A DNA stretch of 64,000 nucleotides from Rhynchopus sp. YZ270_cl-10 (lineage: Eukaryota): NCBI GenBank assembly GCA_964035575.1, contig OZ037842.1:930001-994000 (forward strand), in the 5' to 3' direction. The notes below the pieces were generated by a model. It saw nothing but the letters and a program-made list of their open reading frames with translations, did no database searches and was not told where the DNA came from. Numbering within the stretch: position 1 is the stretch's first letter; each line of letters begins with the position of its first letter. The position numbers and the translations under genes are program-made. Below are positions 1 to 13,790 of this stretch, in pieces.

Positions 1-1635
1 GGCGTGTCAGACAGCTCGGCCACGTAATCGTTGAAGTCCTTTACCCGCGACACAATCTTGGAGAAGAATTTTTCACCTTCGGACTCTCGCTGACCCCTAT
101 CGTGTACGTCAAGGAAAGACTCCTCCTGCTGACGGCGCATTGCTTCATTCACACCATGATGATCCAGCAGGGCACGTAACTGGGAGAGATGCGTAAGGAT
201 GGATGCTTGTAGTGGGTACACACCTTGTCAATTTCGGCACCGATCTGTTGGATCTTCGTTAACGAAGATTGCCTCTCGTGAGCCAGGGCAGTCGCCACCT
301 CAGGGTTGGTGGACCGGAGGTTGGCATACGACTGCTTCTGGTCCACCTGCAGTCGTCGAGGTGTTTTGTGGCGTTTGTTTGTTGATAATTATGAGTCTGT
401 ACTCCACATACCAAGTCTATGACCTGCTTCTCTTGGTCTTCTTGAGCCTTCAGCACCTGAAAATACCGGTGTGCGGACATGTGAAGTGCTGCTTGCGACA
501 CTGACACACGCCGATCAACATCTGCACCATGCCGTTCCAACGTTTCAGCCGTCAACGACGTGAAGTCCCGCACAAACTGTGCTGTACTCTCTGCCAACCT
601 CACTGTGGCAGCCGCACCCTCAGACTTTTCCTCAAACAATGCAGCCTCGTTAGCAACGAGACTTTCAAAGTGGTGCAACGCTGCTTCTACATGATTTGCC
701 GTCGCTTTGTTGAGCCTGCATTGCTTTGCGGTGTTGCACATCTCCTTTGTAATGTTTGTGAAGTCGTTGTACTTCAGAAGGATTTCCTCCAGAGTTGTTT
801 GCGCCTGCTTCCGGAGAGACTTCACTTGATCACTAAGTTCTTTCACAGCCTTAGCACTGTGTGCGTGCTCACCGAGTAGGCCGCACGGATCCCCTTCACA
901 TAACTCCCTCATGACCTCTGCCGCCCGGTGTGCCACATCGGCGTACTTTGCTGACGATCTTGCAACCTCAGCATATTCCCCTGCTGACGCCTGGATCGCG
1001 TCGTTACGCACTGACAGCTCAACAACCTCTGCGCGGCTGTGCTCCGCTCCTGCAACCTTCTCAGCACCGCTTTTCAGTACTGCATGGTGGCCCACTGTAT
1101 CGACATACCCACTCTCGCTGTCGTCAACACTATCGGCGTCATCACTGTTGATGTTAGGCATTCGTCGCGAAGCTGCAGAGGCAGCATCAGATGCCGCAGT
1201 CAGTGCTGCCCGTACACGTGGCAGCTGCAGGGAACGAGGATGTACAAAGGGAAGCCCCTCGTAGGAGTGCAGTATTTCCACGAACTTCTCAACGGCCTGC
1301 ACCTGCTCGTTGTTCAGTGCGGTGTCTGCAGTCATCTGTGTAATGGCCCGTATGGAATGCAGAATGTCGTCATTCGGAGGGTACTCACGGCCCATTTCTG
1401 ATACGATCATGCTATCAGCACTTTCTGCAATGTAGGCCTTGCCAGCCAACTCCATCGCCTTCATCTTAACTTGTTCAAAGGCGCGAATGTTATCTTCCTC
1501 ATACTCACTTCCGTGCGATCCAGGAACGCGCTTCACACCTTCTAAAAAGCGATCCAGCTCACCTAACATGCCCACATGGAACTGGCGTAACGCCTGAATA
1601 TCAAAGAGAGCTGGCACATCCCCACCACTCGACAT
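1..1635 (-). CDS. Spliced gene for an alpha-helical/coiled-coil-rich protein of unknown function; exons 1635-412, 346-224, 179-<1 (3' end outside the window)
   Basis: ATG at 1635 with an in-frame TAA five codons upstream. 408 codons run to a GTATGT donor. Removing two phase-0 introns gives an open frame ...QVIDL|VDQKQSYANLR...AEIDK|LRALLDHHGVNEAMRRQQEESFLDVHDRGQRESEGEKFFSKIVSRVKDFNDYVAELSDT to the window edge. The protein is A/E/L/Q-rich. Confidence 0.85.
180..223 (-). other. Spliceosomal intron, 44 nt
   Basis: Minus strand AAG|GTGTGT...CTCTCCCAG|TTA; removal restores an open frame to position 1. Confidence 0.8.
347..411 (-). other. Spliceosomal intron, 65 nt
   Basis: Minus strand TTG|GTATGT...ACTGCAG|GTG; removal joins the 259..1635 ORF to the 149..346 frame. 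Confidence 0.85.
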
Positions 1636-2529
1636 TGTATGTGCTCCTTTTTATACGTATTCCAGGAACATGTTTCCCCACAAAAACTACCTCTGTTTGA
1701 GGGGAGGATAATGTGGATGGGGAGCATTAGGGGTGCGGTGGGTGGGGACAAAATCACAAGCAAAACAGAGCACAGGAGGACAACACATTTGCCACGGATT
1801 CCCCATATCCTTTTGCCAGTGTCACGACTTCCGTATTTTCACATTCACCTGACAAAAAAATAAAAAGAGTACGAAAAAAACCAAAAATAAAAGGGTAATA
1901 AACATAGACACTCGCAAACTGAAACTGCAAAATACTCCAACACAACCAAGCAACAAACGCACCATACAAACATATTCTGAGCGAATACTCCATCAAAAAG
2001 ACAAAAATACAATACATCCCTAAAACGAAAAACTTCAGTCCGCGTTTCCTAGCCAAATACTGTTTACGCGAGACCACCTTAATAAGAAGTTATTACCAAT
2101 ATTCACACACCGTCAGGACGACACAGATGACAATCCCAATGTTTCATCACGTACTTCTTTCCTGACAACATCACTGCCGACGGTCCATATTGAAACCACC
2201 CGTACAGGTCCTTTACATGTCGTTGATACAAACGGGAAAACGAAATAATTCCCAAACACTTGTGATTAGAGTCAAACGTATCCTCCCCACCCAGTATCCT
2301 AACGCCAAGACAGACCCCCATAAACCTCCACTACACTTTCCAACGCAACGTTTTCGTACTCATAAAACGGACGCTTTACAACGTATCATTTTCGTGGTTC
2401 AAAAAAAGAAAATATACAACGCACTGTTTTCGTTCTTCGAAAAGGCACACTTCTCAACGGTTCGTTTTGTTGCATCTAAAAGACACACTCCCAAACAAGC
2501 AAATTACGTTACTCTAAACCCACGCGATA

Positions 2530-5500
2530 AAAATGGATCGATCAAACGGGTGCAAAACCACGCGTCTATAACAGCACGATGAAACGCGTCCAAAACAGCG
2601 CATCGAAAACAGCGCGATGAAACGCGTCCAAAACAGCGCGTCGAAAACAGCGCGATGAAACACTTCCAAAACAACGCATCCAAAACAGCGCGATGAAACG
2701 CGTCCAAAACAGCGCATCGAAAACAGCGCGATGAAACGCGTCCAAAACAGCGCATCGAAAACAGCGCGATGAAACGCGTCCAAAACAGCGCATCGATACG
2801 AGCGCGATGAAACACTTCCAAAACAACGCATCGAAAACAGCGCGATGAAACGCTTCCAAAACAGCGCATCGAAAACAGCGCGATGAAACGCGTGCAAAAC
2901 AACGCATCGATACGAGCGCGATGAAACGCGTCCAAAACAGCGCATCGAAAACAGCGCGATGAAACGCTTACAAAACAGCGCATCGAAAACAGCGCGATGA
3001 AACGCGTCCAAAACAGCGCATCGAAAACAGCGCGATGAAACGCGTCCAAAACAGCGCATCGAAAACAGCGCGATGAAACGCTTCCAAAACAGCGCATCGA
3101 AAACAGCGCGATGAAACGCGTCCAAAACAGCGCATCGAAAACAGCGCGATGAAACGCGTCCAAAACAGCGCATCGAAAACAGCGCGATGAAACGCTTCCA
3201 AAACAACGCATCGAAAACAGCGCGATGAAACGCTTCCAAAACAGCGCATCGAAAACAGCGCGATGAAACGCTTCCAAAACAACGCATCGAAAACAGCGCG
3301 AAGAAACGCGTCCAAAACAACCCATCGAAAACAGCGCGATGAAACGCTTCCAAAACAACGCATCGAAAACAGCGCGATGAAACGCGTGCAAAACAACGCA
3401 TCGATACGAGCGCGATGAAACGCGTCCAAAACAGCTCATCGAAAACAGCGCGATGAAACGCTTCCAAAACAGCGCATCGAAAACAGCGGGATGAAACGCT
3501 TACAAAACAGCGCACCGATAACAGCGCGATGAAACGCGTCCAAAACAGCGCATCGAAAACAGCGCGATGAAACGCTTCCAAAACAGCGCATCGAAAACAG
3601 CGCGATTAAACGCGTGCAAAACAACGCATCGAAAACAGCGCGATGAAACGCTTACAAAACAGTGCACCGATAACAGCGCGATGAAACGCGTCCAAAACAA
3701 CGCATCGAAAACAGCGCGATGAAACGCGTGCAAAACAACGCATCGATACGAGCGCGATGAAACGCTTCCAAAACAGCGCATCGAAAACAGCGCGATGAAA
3801 CGCGTCCAAAACAGCGCATCGAAAACAGCGCGATGAAACGCGTCCAAAACAACGCATCGATACGAGCGCGATGAAACGCGTGCAAAACAGCGCATCGAAA
3901 ACAGCGCGATGAAACGCTTCCAAAACAGCGCATCGAAAACAGCGGGATGAAACGCTTCCAAAACAGCGTATCGAAAACAGCGCGATGAAACGCGTCCAAA
4001 ACAGCGCATCGATAACAGCGCGATGAAACGCTTCCAAAACAGCGCATCGAAAACAGCGCGATGAAACGCTTCCAAAACAGCGCATCGAAAACAGCGCGAT
4101 GAAACGCGTCCAAAACAGCGCATCGAAAACAGCGCGAAGAAACGCGTCCAACACAGCGCGTCGAAAACAGCGCGATGAAACGCTTCCAAAACAACGCATC
4201 GAAAACAGCACGATGAAACGCGTCCAAAACAGCGCATCGAAAACAGCGCGAAGAAACGCGTCCAACACAGCGCGTCGAAAACAGCGCGATGAAACGCATC
4301 CAAAACAGCGCATCGAAAACAGCGCGATGAAACGCTTCCAAAACAGCGCATCGAAAACAGCGCGATGAAACGCTTCCAAAACAGCGCATCGAAAACAGCG
4401 CGATGAAACGCGTCCAAAACAGCGCGATGAAACGCTTCCAAAACAGCGCATCGAAAACAGCGCGATGAAACGCTTCCAAAACAGCGCATCGAAAACAGCG
4501 CGATGAAACGCTTCCAAAACAGCGCATCGAAAACAGCGCGATGAAACGCGTCCAAAACAGCGCGATGAAACGCTTCCAAAACAGCGCATCGAAAACAGCG
4601 CGATGAAACGCGTCCAAAACAGCGCGATGAAACGCTTCCAAAACAGCGCATCGAAAACAGCGCGATGAAACGCTTCCAAAACAGCGCATCGAAAACAGCG
4701 CGATGAAACGCTTCCAAAACAGCGCGATGAAACGCTTCCAAAACAGCGCATCGAAAACAGCGCGATGAAACGCGTCCAAAACAGCGCATCGAAAACAGCG
4801 CGATGAAACGCTTCCAAAACAGCGCATCGAAAACAGCGCGATGAAACGCGTCCAAAACAGCGCGATGAAACGCTTCCAAAACAGCGCATCGAAAACAGCG
4901 CGATGAAACGCTTCCAAAACAGCGCGATGAAACGCTTCCAAAACAGCGCATCGAAAACAGCGCGATGAAACGCGTCCAAAACAGCGCGATGAAACGCTTC
5001 CAAAACAGCGCATCGAAAACAGCGCGATGAAACGCGTCCAAAACAGCGCATCGAAAACAGCGCGATGAAACGCGTCCAAAACAGCGCATCGAAAACAGCG
5101 CGATGAAACGCGTCCAAAACACCGCATCGATAACAGCGCGATGAAACGCTTCCAAAACAGCGCATCGAAAACAGCGCGATGAAACGCTTCCATAACAGCG
5201 CATCGAATACAGCGCGATGAAACGCGTCCAAAACAGCGCGATGAAACGCTTCCAAAACAGCGCATCGAAAACAGCGCGATGAAACGCGTCCAAAACAGCG
5301 CTTCGAAAACAGCGCGATGAAATGCTTCCAAAACAACGCATCGAAAACAGCGCGATGAAACGCGTCCAAAACAGCGCGATGAAACGCGTCTAAAACAGCG
5401 CATCGAAAACAGCGCGATGAAACGCTTCCATAACAGCGCATCGAATACAGCGCGATGAAACGCGTCCAAAACAGCGCATCGAAAACAGCGCGATGAAACG

Positions 5501-7931
5501 CGTCCAAAACAGCGCATCGAAAACAGCGGGACGAAACGCGTCCAAAACAACGCATCGAAAACAGCACGATGAAACGCTTCCAAAACAACGCATCGAAAAC
5601 AGCACGATGAAACGCGTCCAAAACAGCGCATCGCAAACAGCGCGATGAAACGCATCCAAAACAGCGCATCGAAAACAGCGCGATGAAACGCTTCCAAAAC
5701 AGCGCATCGAAAACAGCGCGATGAAACGCTTCCAAAACAGCGCATCGAAAACAGCGCGATGAAACGCGTCCAAAACAGCGCGATGAAACGCTTCCAAAAC
5801 AGCGCATCGAAAACAGCGCGATGAAACGCGTCCAAAACAGCGCATCGAAAACAGCGCGATGAAACGCGTCCAAAACAGCGCATCGAAAACAGCGCGATGA
5901 AACGCGTCCAAAACACCGCATCGATAACAGCGCGATGAAACGCTTCCAAAACAGCGCATCGAATACAGCGCGATGAAACGCGTCCAAAACAGCGCGTCCA
6001 AAACAGCGCGATGAAACGCTTCGAAAACAGCGCATCGAAAACAGCGCGATGAAACGCGTCCAAAACAGCGCTTCGAAAACAGCGCGATGAAATGCTTCCA
6101 AAACAACGCATCGAAAACAGCGCGATGAAACGCGTCCAAAACAGCGCGATGAAACGCGTCTAAAACAGCGCATCGAAAACAGCGCGATGAAACGCTTCCA
6201 TAACAGCGCATCGAATACAGCGCGATGAAACGCGTCCAAAACAGCGCATCGAAAACAGCGCGATGAAACGCTTCCATAACAGCGCATCGAATACAGCGCG
6301 ATGAAACGCGTCCAAAACAGCGCATCGAAAACAGCGGGACGAAACGCGTCCAAAACAACGCATCGAAAACAGCACGATGAAACGCTTCCAAAACAACGCA
6401 TCGAAAACAGCACGATGAAACGCGTCCAAAACAGCGCATCGCAAACAGCGCGATGAAACGCATCCAAAACAGCGCATCGAAAACAGCGCGATGAAACGCT
6501 TCCAAAACAGCGCATCGAAAACAGCGCGATGAAACGCGTCCAAAACAGCGCGATGAAACGCTTCCAAAACAGCGCATCGAAAACAGCGCGATGAAACGCT
6601 TCCAAAACAGCGCATCGAAAACAGCGCGATGAAACGCTTCCAAAACAGCGCATCGAAAACAGCGCGATGAAACGCGTCCAAAACAGCGCGATGAAACGCT
6701 TCCAAAACAGCGCATCGAAAACAGCGCGATGAAACGCTTCCAAAACAGCGCATCGAAAACAGCGCGATGAAACGCGTCCAAAACAGCGCGATGAAACGCT
6801 TCCAAAACAGCGCATCGAAAACAGCGCGATGAAACGCTTCCAAAACAGCGCATCGAAAACAGCGCGATGAAACGCGTCCAAAACAGCGCGATGAAATGCT
6901 TCCAAAACAACGCATCGAAAACAGCGCGATGAAACGCGTCCAAAACAGCGCGATGAAACGCGTCCAAAACAGCGCATCGAAAACAGCGCGATGAAACGCG
7001 TCCAAAACAACGCATCGATAACAGCGCGATGAAACGCTTCCAAAACAACGCATCGAAAACAGCGCGATGAAACGCTTCCAAAACAGCGCATCGAAAACAG
7101 CGGGATGAAACGCTTCCAAAACAACGCATCGAAAACAGCGCGAAGAAACGCGTCCAAAACAGCGCATCGAAAACAGCGCGATGAAACGCTTCCAAAACAA
7201 CGCATCGAAAACAGCGCGAAGAAACGCGTCCAAAACAACGCATCGAAAACAGCGCGATGAAACGCTTCCATAACAGCGCATCGAAAACAGCGCGATGAAA
7301 CGCTTCCATAACAGCGCATCGAATACAGCGCGATGAAACGCGTCCAAAACAGCGCATCGAAAACAGCGGGATGAAACGCGTCCAAAACAACGCATCGATA
7401 ACAGCGCGATGAAACGCGTCCAAAACAACGCATCGAAAACAGCGCGATGAAACGCTTCCATAACAGCGCATCGAAAACAGCGCGATGAAACGCGTCCAAA
7501 ACAACGCATCGAAAACAGCGCGAAGAAACGCGTCCAAAACAACGCATCGAAAACAGCGCGAAGAAACGCGTCCAAAACAGCGCATCGAAAACAGCGCGAT
7601 GAAACGCTTCCAAAACAACGCATCGAAAACAGCGCGAAGAAACGCGTCCAAAACAACGCATCGAAAACAGCGCGATGAAACGCGTGCAAAACAACGCATC
7701 GATACGAGCGCGATGAAACGCGTCCAAAACAGCTCATCGAAAACAGCGCGATGAAACGCTTCCAAAACAGCGCATCGAAAACAGCGCGATGAAACGCGTC
7801 CAAAACAGCGCGATGAAACGCTTCCAAAACAGCGCATCGAAAACAGCGCGATGAAACGCTTCCATAACAGCGCATCGAAAACAGCGCGATGAAACGCGTG
7901 CAAAACAACGCATCGAAAACAGCGCGATGAA
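2530..7931. repeat. Satellite A array (38-bp unit AAAACAGCGCGATGAAACGCGTCCAAAACAGCGCATCG, with 24-bp and +14-bp variants); degenerate left edge
   Basis: Directly visible tandem repeat built from 14+10+14-bp subunits. Confidence 0.98.
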
Positions 7932-8726
7932 TTTAGTTTTGCTAATCCTTAACACTCCCTATTGATCGTGGTTGATGTATGCAAAGATCTGAAAAGAAAC
8001 GAACAGATTCCCACGAACATGTGTCAACGACACAACCAACACAACGCTACCGATGTGTGCGCAACGATCTGAACGCAACGAACGTAACCAACCGAACACA
8101 ACCAACGCATCTCATCCAACACAACGGAACCGATGCGTGCGTCACTATCTGTACGCAACGAACGTAACCAACCGAACACAACCAACGCAACGCAACCGCT
8201 CCATACGTTGCGCTCTGTACGTAACGATCTCTACACAACGAACGCAACGCATGCAACACTACGTAACCTATGTGTACGTAGCGATCTGCATGCAACGAAC
8301 GCTACGTAACGAACGCAACGCAACCAACGCAACGAGTGGTTACAAACCCCCACGCATGGTTCTCACACCGCGTTGGCACGTTTCCCAAGCCGCAAACCCG
8401 GTTACCTGCCTGAAAAACCGTGTTTTTGGCCAAAACGCCTGTTTTCCCTGTAGAATCCTTAAGAATCCTTAAGGAACGCACGGTTCCTAAGGCATTTTAC
8501 ACGTAAACTCGCGACACGAAAATAGGAATTAAAAACTAATCTCTCAGCGATCTGATTTAGTAAGAACTCGATTTTTGGCCCTATCTTTCCAATGCCGAAA
8601 AAATCTTACACTTTGGCGCCTCTGCGAGAAATGTCATTTTTTGGGGTACCCCGTCGGGGGTGCCAAGGGGTGGGGGGGTACGCCACAAAAGCAACCTTAA
8701 AAACCTTAACACAGAGTGTTAAGGAA
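7932..8726 (-). mobile_element. Helentron/Helitron2-like non-autonomous element, subfamily C (795 bp), intact copy
   Basis: Minus strand starts TTCCTTAACAC-TCT-GTGTTAAGG (hairpin) and ends GAGTGTTAAGG-ATTAGCAAAACTAAA. Removing it restores satellite GATGAA^ATGCTTCC with no duplication (T^T on the element strand). Confidence 0.75.
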
Positions 8727-11112
8727 ATGCTTCCAAAACAACGCATCGAAAACAGCGCGATGAAACGCGTCCAAAACAGCGCGATGAAACGCGTCTAAAA
8801 CAGCGCATCGAAAACAGCGCGATGAAACGCTTCCATAACAGCGCATCGAATACAGCGCGATGAAACGCTTCCAAAACAGCGCATCGATAACAGCGCGATG
8901 AAACGCTTCCAAAACAGCGCATCGAAAACAGCGCGATGAAACGCGTCCAAAACAGCGCATCGAAAACAGCGCGATGAAACGCGTCCAAAACAGCGCGATG
9001 AAACGCGTCTAAAACAGCGCATCGAAAACAGCGCGATGAAACGCTTCCATAACAGCGCATCGAATACAGCGCGATGAAACGCGTCCAAAACAGCGCATCG
9101 ATAACAGCGCGATGAAACGCTTCCAAAACAGCGCATCGAAAACAGCGCGATGAAACGCGTCCAAAACAGCGCGATGAAACGCGTCCAAAACAGCGCGATG
9201 AAACGCGTCTAAAACAGCGCATCGAAAACAGCGCGATGAAACGCTTCCATAACAGCGCATCGAATACAGCGCGATGAAACGCGTCCAAAACAGCGCATCG
9301 ATAACAGCGCGATGAAACGCTTCCAAAACAGCGCATCGAAAACAGCGCGATGAAACGCTTCCATAACAGCGCATCGAATACAGCGCGATGAAACGCGTCC
9401 AAAACAGCGCATCGATAACAGCGCGATGAAACGCTTCCAAAACAGCGCATCGAAAACAGCGCGATGAAACGCTTCCATAACAGCGCGTCCAAAACAGCGC
9501 GATGAAACGCTTCCAAAACAGCGCATCGAAAACAGCGCGATGAAATGCTTCCAAAACAATGCATCGAAAACAGCGCGATGAAACGCGTCCAAAACAGCGC
9601 GATGAAACGCGTCTAAAACAGCGCATCGAAAACAGCGCGATGAAATGCTTCCAAAACAATGCATCGAAAACAGCGCGATGAAACGCGTCCAAAACAGCGC
9701 GATGAAACGCGTCTAAAACAGCGCATCGAAAACAGCGCGATGAAACGCTTCCATAACAGCGCATCGAAAACAGCGCGATGAAACGCGTCCAAAACAGCGC
9801 ATCGAAAACAGCGCGATGAAACGCTTCCAAAACAACGCATCGATAACAGCGCGATGAAACGCTTCCAAAACAACGCATCGAAAACAGCGCGAAGAAACGC
9901 GTCCAAAACAGCGCATCGAAAACAGCGCGAAGAAACGCGTCCAAAACAACGCATCGAAAACAGCGCGATGAAACGCGTCCAAAACAACGCATCGAAAACA
10001 GCGCGAAGAAACGCGTCCAAAACAGCGCATCGAAAACAGCGCGAAGAAACGCGTCCAAAACAACGCATCGAAAACAGCGCGATGAAACGCTTCCAAAACA
10101 ACGCATCGAAAACAGCGCGAAGAAACGCGTCCAAAACAACGCATCGAAAACAGCGCGATGAAACGCGTGCAAAACAACGCATCGATAACAGCGCGATGAA
10201 ACGCGTGCAAAACAACGCATCGAAAACAGCGCGATGAAACGCGTCCAAAACAACGCATCGAAAACAGCGCGATGAAACGCTTCCAAAACAGCGCTTCGAA
10301 AACAGCGCGATGAAATGCTTCCAAAACAACGCATCGAAAACAGCGCGAAGAAACGCGTCCAAAACAACGCATCGAAAACAGCGCGATGAAACGCTTCCAA
10401 AACAACGCATCGAAAACAGCGCGAAGAAACGCGTCCAAAACAACGCATCGAAAACAGCGCGATGAAACGCGTGCAAAACAACGCATCGATAACAGCGCGA
10501 TGAAACGCGTGCAAAACAACGCATCGAAAACAGCGCGATGAAACGCGTCCAAAACAACGCATCGAAAACAGCGCGATGAAACGCTTCCAAAACAGCGCAT
10601 CGAAAACAGCGCGATGAAACGCGTCCAAAACAGCGCACCGATAACAGCGCGATGAAACGCGTCCAAAACAGCGCATCGAAAACAGCGCGATGAAACGCGT
10701 GCAAAACAACGCATCGAAAACAGCGCGATGAAACGCGTCCAAAACAACGCATCGAAAACAGCGCGATGAAACGCTTCCAAAACAGCGCATCGAAAACAGC
10801 GCGATGAAACGCGTCCAAAACAGCGCACCGATAACAGCGCGATGAAACGCGTCCAAAACAGCGCATCGAAAACAGCGCGATGAAACGCGTGCAAAACAAC
10901 GCATCGAAAACAGCGCGATGAAACGCGTCCAAAACAACGAATCGAAAACAGCGCGATGAAACGCTTCCAAAACAGCGCATCGAAAACAGCGCGATGAAAC
11001 GCGTCCAAAACAGCGCACCGATAACAGCGCGATGAAACGCGTCCAAAACAGCGCATCGATACGAGCGCGATGAAACGCTTCCAAAACAGCGCATCGAAAA
11101 CAGCGCGATGAA
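8727..11112. repeat. Satellite A array
   Basis: 38-bp tandem units. Confidence 0.98.
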
Positions 11113-11126
11113 TTTAGTTTTGCTAA

Positions 11127-13090
11127 TTCCTTAACACTCGGTGTTAAGGTCTTTAAGGTTGCTGATCACCTCCCACCCACCCACCCACCCACCCCCCCTC
11201 TCAGGCACCCTCCCCCCCCCCCCCCCCAAGGTGGGGTTCGGGCATTTTTTTTCAGGTCTCTAAACCTCGAAAGAGGTCAAAAAAGTGGATTCTTGGGAAG
11301 ATAGGAGGTTTTTAGGAGACTTTCTCTGAAGCAAAGACCTCCAAACCCTGACAGACCCTGAAACCAGGGTGTCGCGAGTACCCCTTTTTTACACGTGTTT
11401 CTTAAGGCTTCTACAGGGTTCTACAGGCAAAACAGGCGTTTTGGCCAAAAACCCGGTTTTTCAGGCGGGTAACCGGGTTTGCGGCTTGGGAAACGTGCCA
11501 GCGCGCTGTGAGAACCATGCGTGGGGGTTTGTAACCACTCGTTGCGTTGGTTGCGTTGCGTTCGTTGCATACAGATCGTAACGTACACATCGGTTGCGTT
11601 GCGTTGTATGCGTTGCGTTCGTTGCATACAGATCGCTACGTACACATCGGTTGCGTTGCGTGCGTTGCATACAGATCGTAACGTACGCATCGGTTGCGTT
11701 GCGTTGCATGCGTTGCGTTCGTTGCATACAGATCGTAACGTACACATCGGTTGCGTTGCGTTGCATGCGTTGCGTTCGTTGCATACAGATCGTAAAGTAC
11801 ACATCGGTTGCGTTGCGTTGTATGCGTTGCGTTCGTTGCATACAGATCGCTACGTACACATCGGTTGCGTTGCGTGCGTTGCATACAGATCGTAACGTAC
11901 GCATCGGTTGCGTTGCGTTGCATGCGTTGCGTTCGTTGCATACAGATCGTAACGTACACATCGGTTGCGTTGCGTGCGTTGCATACAGATCGTAACGTAC
12001 ACATCGGTTGCGTTGCGTGCGTTGCATACAGATCGTAACGTACGCATCGGTTGCGTTGCGTTGCATGCGTTGCGTTCGTTGCATACAGATCGTAACGTAC
12101 ACATCGGTTGCGTTGCGTTCGTTGCATACAGATCGTAACGTACACATCGGTTGCGTTGCGTGCGTTGCATACAGATCGTAACGTACGCATCGGTTGCGTT
12201 GCGTTGCATGCGTTGCGTTCGTTGCATACAGATCGTAACGTACACATCGGTTGCGTTGCGTTGCATGCGTTGCGTTCGTTGCATACAGATCGTAACGTAC
12301 ACATCGGTTGCGTTGCGTGCGTTGCATACAGATCGTAACGTACACATCGGTTGCGTTGCGTTGCATGCGTTGCGTTCGTTGCATACAGATCGTAACGTAC
12401 ACATCGGTTGCGTTGCGTGCGTTGCATACAGATCGTAACGTACGCATCGGTTGCGTTGCGTTGCATGCGTTGCGTTCGTTGCATACAGATCGTAACGTAC
12501 ACATCGGTTGCGTTGCGTTGCATGCGTTGCGTTCGTTGCATACAGATCGTAACGTACACATCGGTTGCGTTGCGTTGTATGCGTTGCGTTCGTTGCATAC
12601 AGATCGTAACGTACGCATCGGTTGCGTTGCGTTGCATGCGTTGCGTTCGTTGCATACAGATCGTAACGTACACATCGGTTGCGTTGCGTTGCATGCGTTG
12701 CGTTCGTTGCATACAGATCGTAACGTACACATCGGTTGCGTTGCGTGCGTTGCATACAGATCGTAACGTACGCATCGGTTGCGTTGCGTTGCATGCGTTG
12801 CGTTCGTTGCATACAGATCGTAACGTACACATCGGTTGCGTTGCGTTGTATGCGTTGCGTTCGTTGCATACAGATCGCTACGTACACATCGGTTGCGTTG
12901 CGTGCGTTGCATACAGATCGTAACGTACGCATCGGTTGCGTTGCGTTGCATGCTTTGGTTGCATACGGATCGTAACGTATAGAGCGGATCCGTTTCGTGG
13001 TGTTCGGTTGCGTTTATCAACCACACCAGCCAGGAGTGTTAAGGATTGCCAAAAAAAACTAAATGTTAAGGATTGCCAAAAAAAACTAAA
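11127..13090 (+). mobile_element. Helentron-like element, subfamily B (expanded satellite B), with doubled 27-bp tail (13064-13090)
   Basis: TTCCTTAACACTCGGTGTTAAGG ... GAGTGTTAAGGATTGCCAAAAAAAACTAAA followed by a second TGTTAAGGATTGCCAAAAAAAACTAAA. Confidence 0.75.
11540..12980 (+). repeat. Satellite B array (57-bp and 43-bp units built on CGTTG pentamers)
   Basis: Unit ATCGTAACGTACACATCGGTTGCGTTGCGTTGCATGCGTTGCGTTCGTTGCATACAG and a variant 14 bp shorter. Confidence 0.97.
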
Positions 13091-13790
13091 TTCCTTAACA
13101 CTCGGTGTTAAGGTCTTTAAGGTTGCTTCACCACCCCACCCACCCACCCTAAGGCACCCCCCCCCCAGGGGTGGGTTTCGGCCATTTTTTTTCAGGTCCC
13201 TAAACGTCCAAAGAGGTCAAAAAAGTGGATTCTTGGGAAGATAGGAGGTTTTTAGGAGACTTTCTCTGAAGCAAAGACCTCCAAACCCTGACAGACCCTG
13301 AAACCAGGGTGTCGCGAGTACCCCTTTTTTACACGTGTTTCTTAAGGCTTCTACAGGGTTCTACAGGCAAAACAGGCGTTTTGGCCAAAAACCCGGTTTT
13401 TCAGGCAGGTAACCGGTTTTGCGGCTTCGGAAACGTGCCAGAGGGGTGTGAGAACCATGCGTGGGGGTTTGTAACCACTCGTTGCGTTGCCTTCGTTGCG
13501 TACACATAGCTACGTACACACCGGTTACGTTGTGTTGCATGCGTTGCGTTCGTTGTGTAGAGATCGTTACGTACAGAGCGCAACGTACGGAGCGGTTGCG
13601 TTGCGTTGGTTGTGTTCGGTTGGTTACGTTCGTTGCGTTCCGATCGCTACGTACACATCGGTTGCGTTGCGTTGCATGCGTTGGTTGCATACGGATCGTA
13701 ACGTATAGAGCGGCTCCGTTTCCTTGTGTTCGGTTGCGTTTATCAACCACACCAGCCAGTGAGTGTTAAGGATTGCCAAAAAAAACTAAA
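13091..13790 (+). mobile_element. Helentron-like element, short subfamily S (700 bp)
   Basis: Same termini and core as subfamily B, with only a few diverged proto-repeat units. Confidence 0.75.

Noticed and set aside
259..411. C-terminus of the 458-aa ORF as given, or a frameshifted pseudogene
   Set aside because: Better explained by canonical introns at 411-347 and 223-180.
11127..13790. piggyBac-like MITEs with TTAA target duplication
   Set aside because: TTAA lies inside the inverted repeat (CC-TTAA-CAC), a constant tail extends beyond the 3' repeat, and empty sites reconstitute with no duplication.
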